From the NCBI GenBank assembly GCA_951406725.2, contig OX597828.1:6324001-6388000 (forward strand): DNA of 64,000 bases, in the 5' to 3' direction. The position numbers and the translations under genes are program-made. This stretch comes from Octopus vulgaris (lineage: Eukaryota). The notes under the pieces were generated by a model, which had not been told where the DNA came from, searched no databases, and worked only from the letters and a program-made list of their open reading frames with translations. Below, one piece after another: positions 58,964-64,000 of the stretch (positions are counted from its first letter, which is position 1; the number at the start of each line of letters is the position of its first letter).

Positions 58964-61039
58964 GCATCACAGACAATAGCACCAAAGCTGTATCATCTCC
59001 AAGTGACGATTTTTCTTCTTCGATGAACTTCGATAAACTTCGTTCGTTTGAGGAAGGGACAACTGCATGCATGGGTAAAAGCTAGTATTTCAGAGAAAAT
59101 GTTGCCGGTCCTGAGCATAGATGTGCCAAACTTGACAAACAGAGGTTTTATATATGATCACATAAATAATATATTTGTGTGTGTGTGTGTATGTTTATAT
59201 ACATAAATTCATATATATATACATAAATATATATATATATATATATATATGCAGACGTACGTAGATTTAGAAGAATATATAGATGTATGCAGAGGCACAT
59301 ACATACAAGCAAGCATGCATGGACGTAGATATGTTTTGTAAGGTGGTAGAGTACATCACTATCTGCGAATCTGCACTTTTTCTCTAATTGATTCGCCTCC
59401 TTTGTACACCTAAACTACACCATCTATTTCTACTGAATGTATTTTGAAGCAGGAGTAAAATGGAATAACTATGTAGTTCCATTGTTTCTCTTGTTATTGT
59501 TTGATTCTGTTCTTGATAAGTTGTTTTCGTTGTTGTTGTTGTTCTTGTTTTGTTTGTCATATTATCATTGCTGCTTCGGCTGCTGTTATTGTTGTCCTTT
59601 CTCGTTATTCAGATATTATTTTCCCTTACAACCGTACATCAGTTAGTGTTTATCAGATGCTCATTTGTGCACTCAAATATTTACCCATCCAGCGAGTTGA
59701 TGCATTATATATTACAATATTATCTAGATGCGTACATGTGCGTAAGGTAGGCAACATACTAAATATATATGTATATAAATGAATAAAATAAATGAATACG
59801 TGTATCTAGATACGTATGCATCTAAGTATGTCTATATATATATATATATATATTGATGCTTGATGCTTGTATATAATAAAAACATGCATAAATATACGAG
59901 AAATATGCATTTTGCATTTTCTTCTTTTTTGCATATATTGATTTTCATGTATAAGCCTAAATAGAACTGCGACTTCGTAAAATGCTTTTCTATTTCAGAG
60001 TACTTGTAATGTAGGTTTCTGCTGTGTGTTTTCATATATATATAAATTGTACAATTTTATATAGAGATTGTTAACTTTAACCATGATCAGAATCAATGCT
60101 CAGATATATATATATATATATATATATACACGGACACATGTATATGGTGCGTTCATTTATCCGTTCATGCAATTGTAGGTGTATGCATACGCGAGTGCAT
60201 ATATGGATGTGTGCATATATACATTCTAGTGTTTATGTTGTAACTAGACATACGAACCTCAAAATTAATGTAACCAAAGTAATTCTTCACAGAATGTGCT
60301 CTACGGAGTACTTAGAATTAGTCGGAGCACAATCTATACACTGTCTAAGGGTATGGATCCACCCTGGGACATATACATTCATAGAGCCGCTTCCCCGGAT
60401 TCTTTGGCGTATATAACCTCGCCTGGATGGACGCTGGTACGTCGTCTGAGTATTCGTTTTTGCCAGCTGAGTAGAGTTGAGCAACGTGAAATGAAATGTT
60501 TTGCATTTGAACGCCAACGCATCGCTCGGTTCAGGAACTGAGTGCAACCCCTTAGCTACTAAACAACTTGACAACACTTTACAAAAAGAATGAAGGGAGA
60601 GAATACATTTTGAATATACATAGAAAATACGTGTTTGATTATGTCACGTTTACCTTCCGAGAAATGTAGATGTTTCTCTAACTACTCACTTTTCATTTCA
60701 GCCAGTATAGTAAGAGACTGATTCTCGTGATGCCATGTAATAAACAACCGTCAGCTAAGAGGAATTTTAATTACAAACGACTCAGAACGTACATCTGAAA
60801 TGAAGTGAGCGCGTTGAGATACGGCCTTAAATAGTAAACAAGTTTTATAGTGGAAGAGAAATACATCCTCACAGGTCTGTTGGAAGTATATTGTTAAGAA
60901 ACTAAAAATATCCTTGGAACGATTTCTGTCTTTACAGGATACTCATGGACCTTACAGTAGGGTGATGCACACAACATATGTAGGAGCAACTATACATCTT
61001 CATAAGATTGAGGGCGACATCTATGCGTTGAAAGTGCTC

Positions 61040-61200
61040 TGTTGCGTGAAAGCCCCTAGACGATGAAATAGGCTAGCTCAATTGGTAGATATAGAGGGAG
61101 AAGTCTAGACGTCAAGAGTCAAGAGAGTAGAGTTGAGTAGTAGAGGTATGCGAACGTGCGACATAACAGTGGCGACGAGGATTTCGTAGCTCACAGAGCC
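61040..61200 (+). mobile_element. Short Gypsy-like LTR remnant with primer-binding site
   Basis: TGTT...AACA (61040-61168), followed after 1 nt by TGGCGACGAGGA (61170-61181), a PBS-type motif. Confidence 0.5.
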
Positions 61201-61340
61201 ATGCTCCATGACAAATTTTGAAATTAGTTGGAACTCTGAATCTCTCTCTCTCTCTCTTTATTTATCGATCTATTTATCTATCTATCTAACCCTTCATATA
61301 TACATACGTATTTATATATTTACATATACATATAATTATT

Positions 61341-61397
<57 letters not shown>

Positions 61398-61534
61398 ATA
61401 TATACACATGCGCACACACACGCACGCTCACATATATATGTATATATATATACATATACAAATACATTCAAATAGAGAAAAACAATTAGTTTTAAATCTC
61501 TGAACGAGAAGTAAGTAGCAACAGTGCTACAGAG

Positions 61535-62248
61535 TAACATTCGTTTGCCAAAGTAATTTGGTAGTCCTCATTCGGACGATGATTCTACCTTATTTTAGCC
61601 CTAGGAAAACATATTTTCCAGCTGACTACCGACGCATAAATACGTCTCTATACCTCAAACAAGTGAGCTAATGACCTCACGTAGTGAGGCAGAAAAGGAG
61701 CTATTCCGATCGGCCACGATCCTACATAGAGAAGAGGAGGTGGAACGAACGCTTCTGCGGCGGATGCCGGCGGACGAGCGAGCGAAGGCGGACAAACGCG
61801 TGCGTCAAAAGGCGCAGGCGAACGCAGCAGCGTCTGAAAAGTGGGTGGAGTGGCGGCGGCGGAGATTCGGGGACGCGCCAGCCGTGTAGAGTTGATCTTG
61901 CACCGGTAAGCGAGGAGATACCCGTTGGCAGAAAAGGAGCGACGAGAACATCCCTTCGAGACGGTCACCTATACCGATCAGCCACGACCCTACATAGAGA
62001 GGAGGAGGAACGAACGGTTCTGCGGTGGATGCTTTAAACGGTACCTGCAGACCATGGCTTTTGGGTTATTTCCCTCCATCGGCACAGGATAATCGTTGGC
62101 TAGAAATGGCAGCACTAGGCCTTGTTCAAAATATAAGTACGCAGTTGTGCGTCGGTAGCCAGCTGGAAAAGATGTTTTCCTGGAGCTAAAAAAGGCAGTA
62201 ACATCGTCCTAGTCAGGACTGCCACTTTACGTTGGCAAATAGATATTA
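61535..62248. mobile_element. Non-autonomous element with ~140-bp diverged terminal inverted repeats and GC-rich core
   Basis: AGGAAAACATATTTTCCAGCTGACTACCGACGCA / TGCGTCGGTAGCCAGCTGGAAAAGATGTTTTCCT; internal ~65-bp direct repeat at 61701-61767 and 61969-62032. Confidence 0.75.
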
Positions 62249-62347
62249 ATCTATATTCATATACATATACATATTTGTATGAGTGTGTGTGCGTGCGAGT
62301 GTATGCGTGTGCGTGTATATGTATGTATGCATTTGTACATGCATTGG

Positions 62348-62499
62348 CAGCGGCGTAGCTGTGTGACGGAGAGTTTGAATCCCAGGCACATTATTCCGGG
62401 CTCATTCCCACTGCGTGGTACCTCGAGTCTTGGGTGAACCAAAGCCTTGTGAGAGGATCTGGTGCGCGGAAATTGAAACAAACCCGTCGTATCTATCTA

Positions 62500-62543
<44 letters not shown>

Positions 62544-62730
62544 GGGGGAAGGGGGCGCTGTGTACGTGACAATCAGTCTTGAGGTTTTTGCTTCAAGCGA
62601 TTCAGTAAATGTGACTGATAAAATTAGTATCAGGCTTAAAGAGAAAATAAGCAATGTGGTCGATATGTTCGAATAAAATTCCTCAAGGTGGTGCTCCAGT
62701 ATGGCCTTAGTCTAATAACTGAAACAAATA
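62348..62730 (+). mobile_element. SINE family A, decayed, near full length
   Basis: GCTGTGTGA..CCCACTGCGTGGTACCT head and GGTGGTGCTCCAGTATGGCC...ACTGAAACAA tail. Confidence 0.78.
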
Positions 62731-62761
62731 AAAGATTATATAATTATATATGTATATATAT

Positions 62762-62866
<105 letters not shown>

Positions 62867-63020
62867 CATACATACACATATATATATATATATAGTGAGA
62901 AAGAGAGAGAGAGAGAGAAAAAGAGACAGACAGACAGGCAGATATTAAGTAGGTGCGTCACTAATATTTTTGGGGTTGTTTAGTTGATTTCATTGACCTT
63001 AGAATATTACTAGTGAGTAC

Positions 63021-63053
<33 letters not shown>

Positions 63054-63064
63054 ATATATATATG

Positions 63065-63131
<67 letters not shown>

Positions 63132-63709
63132 ATCCTTCTAAAGATGAAAGAGCAATATTGACCATGTTTGGATTTCTATGCAGAATGCTGAAAGCGAAAA
63201 ATGAATACTTTAACGCTTTCAGCTTTATGCTTCACAGAGCTTACCGTTTCCGCCAACATTATCGCTGCTATTTTCGAAATATAGTTTTTTTTTATATAAA
63301 TTTATTAAATGCTTTATATGCATATGTTGTATCGCGTTAAAGGAATATAATAAATGGAAGTTTGGTTTATTGCTTTATTCCTTCACAGATTAATATTCAT
63401 TTATTTATCATAATTTCAGAGAGTATGAAGATTGGATCTGCGATATATACATCGTTCCGCAATATTGACAGTTCAAATGAAGTAAAGTAGCCTGTAGCCA
63501 AAGAATATTGAAACCACGCAGTGAGAACACGCAAGGAGATTCCTGCTTCTCACAACAAATAATATTAGACAGGCAATGAGTCAACATCGTTACTACTGCT
63601 TACGCTGTTATAAGTAACAAGCAAGTTCCTTAGTTGGGAAAGGAAAGGACACCTAGGCCTATGGAGGTTAACATACCACAATAACGTCGATGCGTTTATG
63701 GACTGCATG

Positions 63710-63915
63710 CTTTTACTCTTTTACTTGTTTCAGTCATTTGACTGCGGCCATGCCGGAGCACTGCCTTTAGTCGAGCAAATCGACCCCAGGACTTATTCTT
63801 TGTAAGCCTAGTACTTTTTCTATCGGTCTGTTTTGCCGAACCGCTAAGTTGTAGGGACGTAAACACACCAGCTTCGGTTGTCAAGCGATGTTGGGAGGAC
63901 AAACAGACACACAAA
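63710..63915 (-). mobile_element. SINE family A, 3' half
   Basis: CTTTTACTCTTTTACTTGTTTCAGTCATTTGACTGCGGCCATG...GCCGAACCGCTAAG. Confidence 0.88.
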
Positions 63916-63918
63916 CAT

Positions 63919-64000
<82 letters not shown>

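Overview
AT-rich, microsatellite-saturated eukaryotic DNA, intergenic or inside a large intron. No host protein-coding gene can be supported; nearly all ORF-track entries are translations of (TA)n/(CA)n/(TAA)n repeats. The tRNA-derived SINEs with internal microsatellites and the repeat mix resemble a coleoid cephalopod, probably Octopus (inference from recall, not a search). The window holds decayed mobile DNA: three mariner remnants (one split by a complete non-autonomous Helitron), Gypsy LTR pieces, RTE, CR1-like, R4/Dong-like and HERO-like LINE fragments, a Penelope-like GIY-YIG remnant, many SINEs and a degenerate rDNA fragment (18S 3' end, ITS1, 5.8S). The most notable signal is a set of sequence-unrelated non-coding elements carrying minimal type I hammerhead ribozyme motifs. 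One is near-canonical (3872-3932). Three loci are long inverted repeats with a hammerhead motif on each strand reading outward. One element is present in only one copy of a local duplication. All alignments and folds were made by eye; coordinates of decayed elements are approximate.
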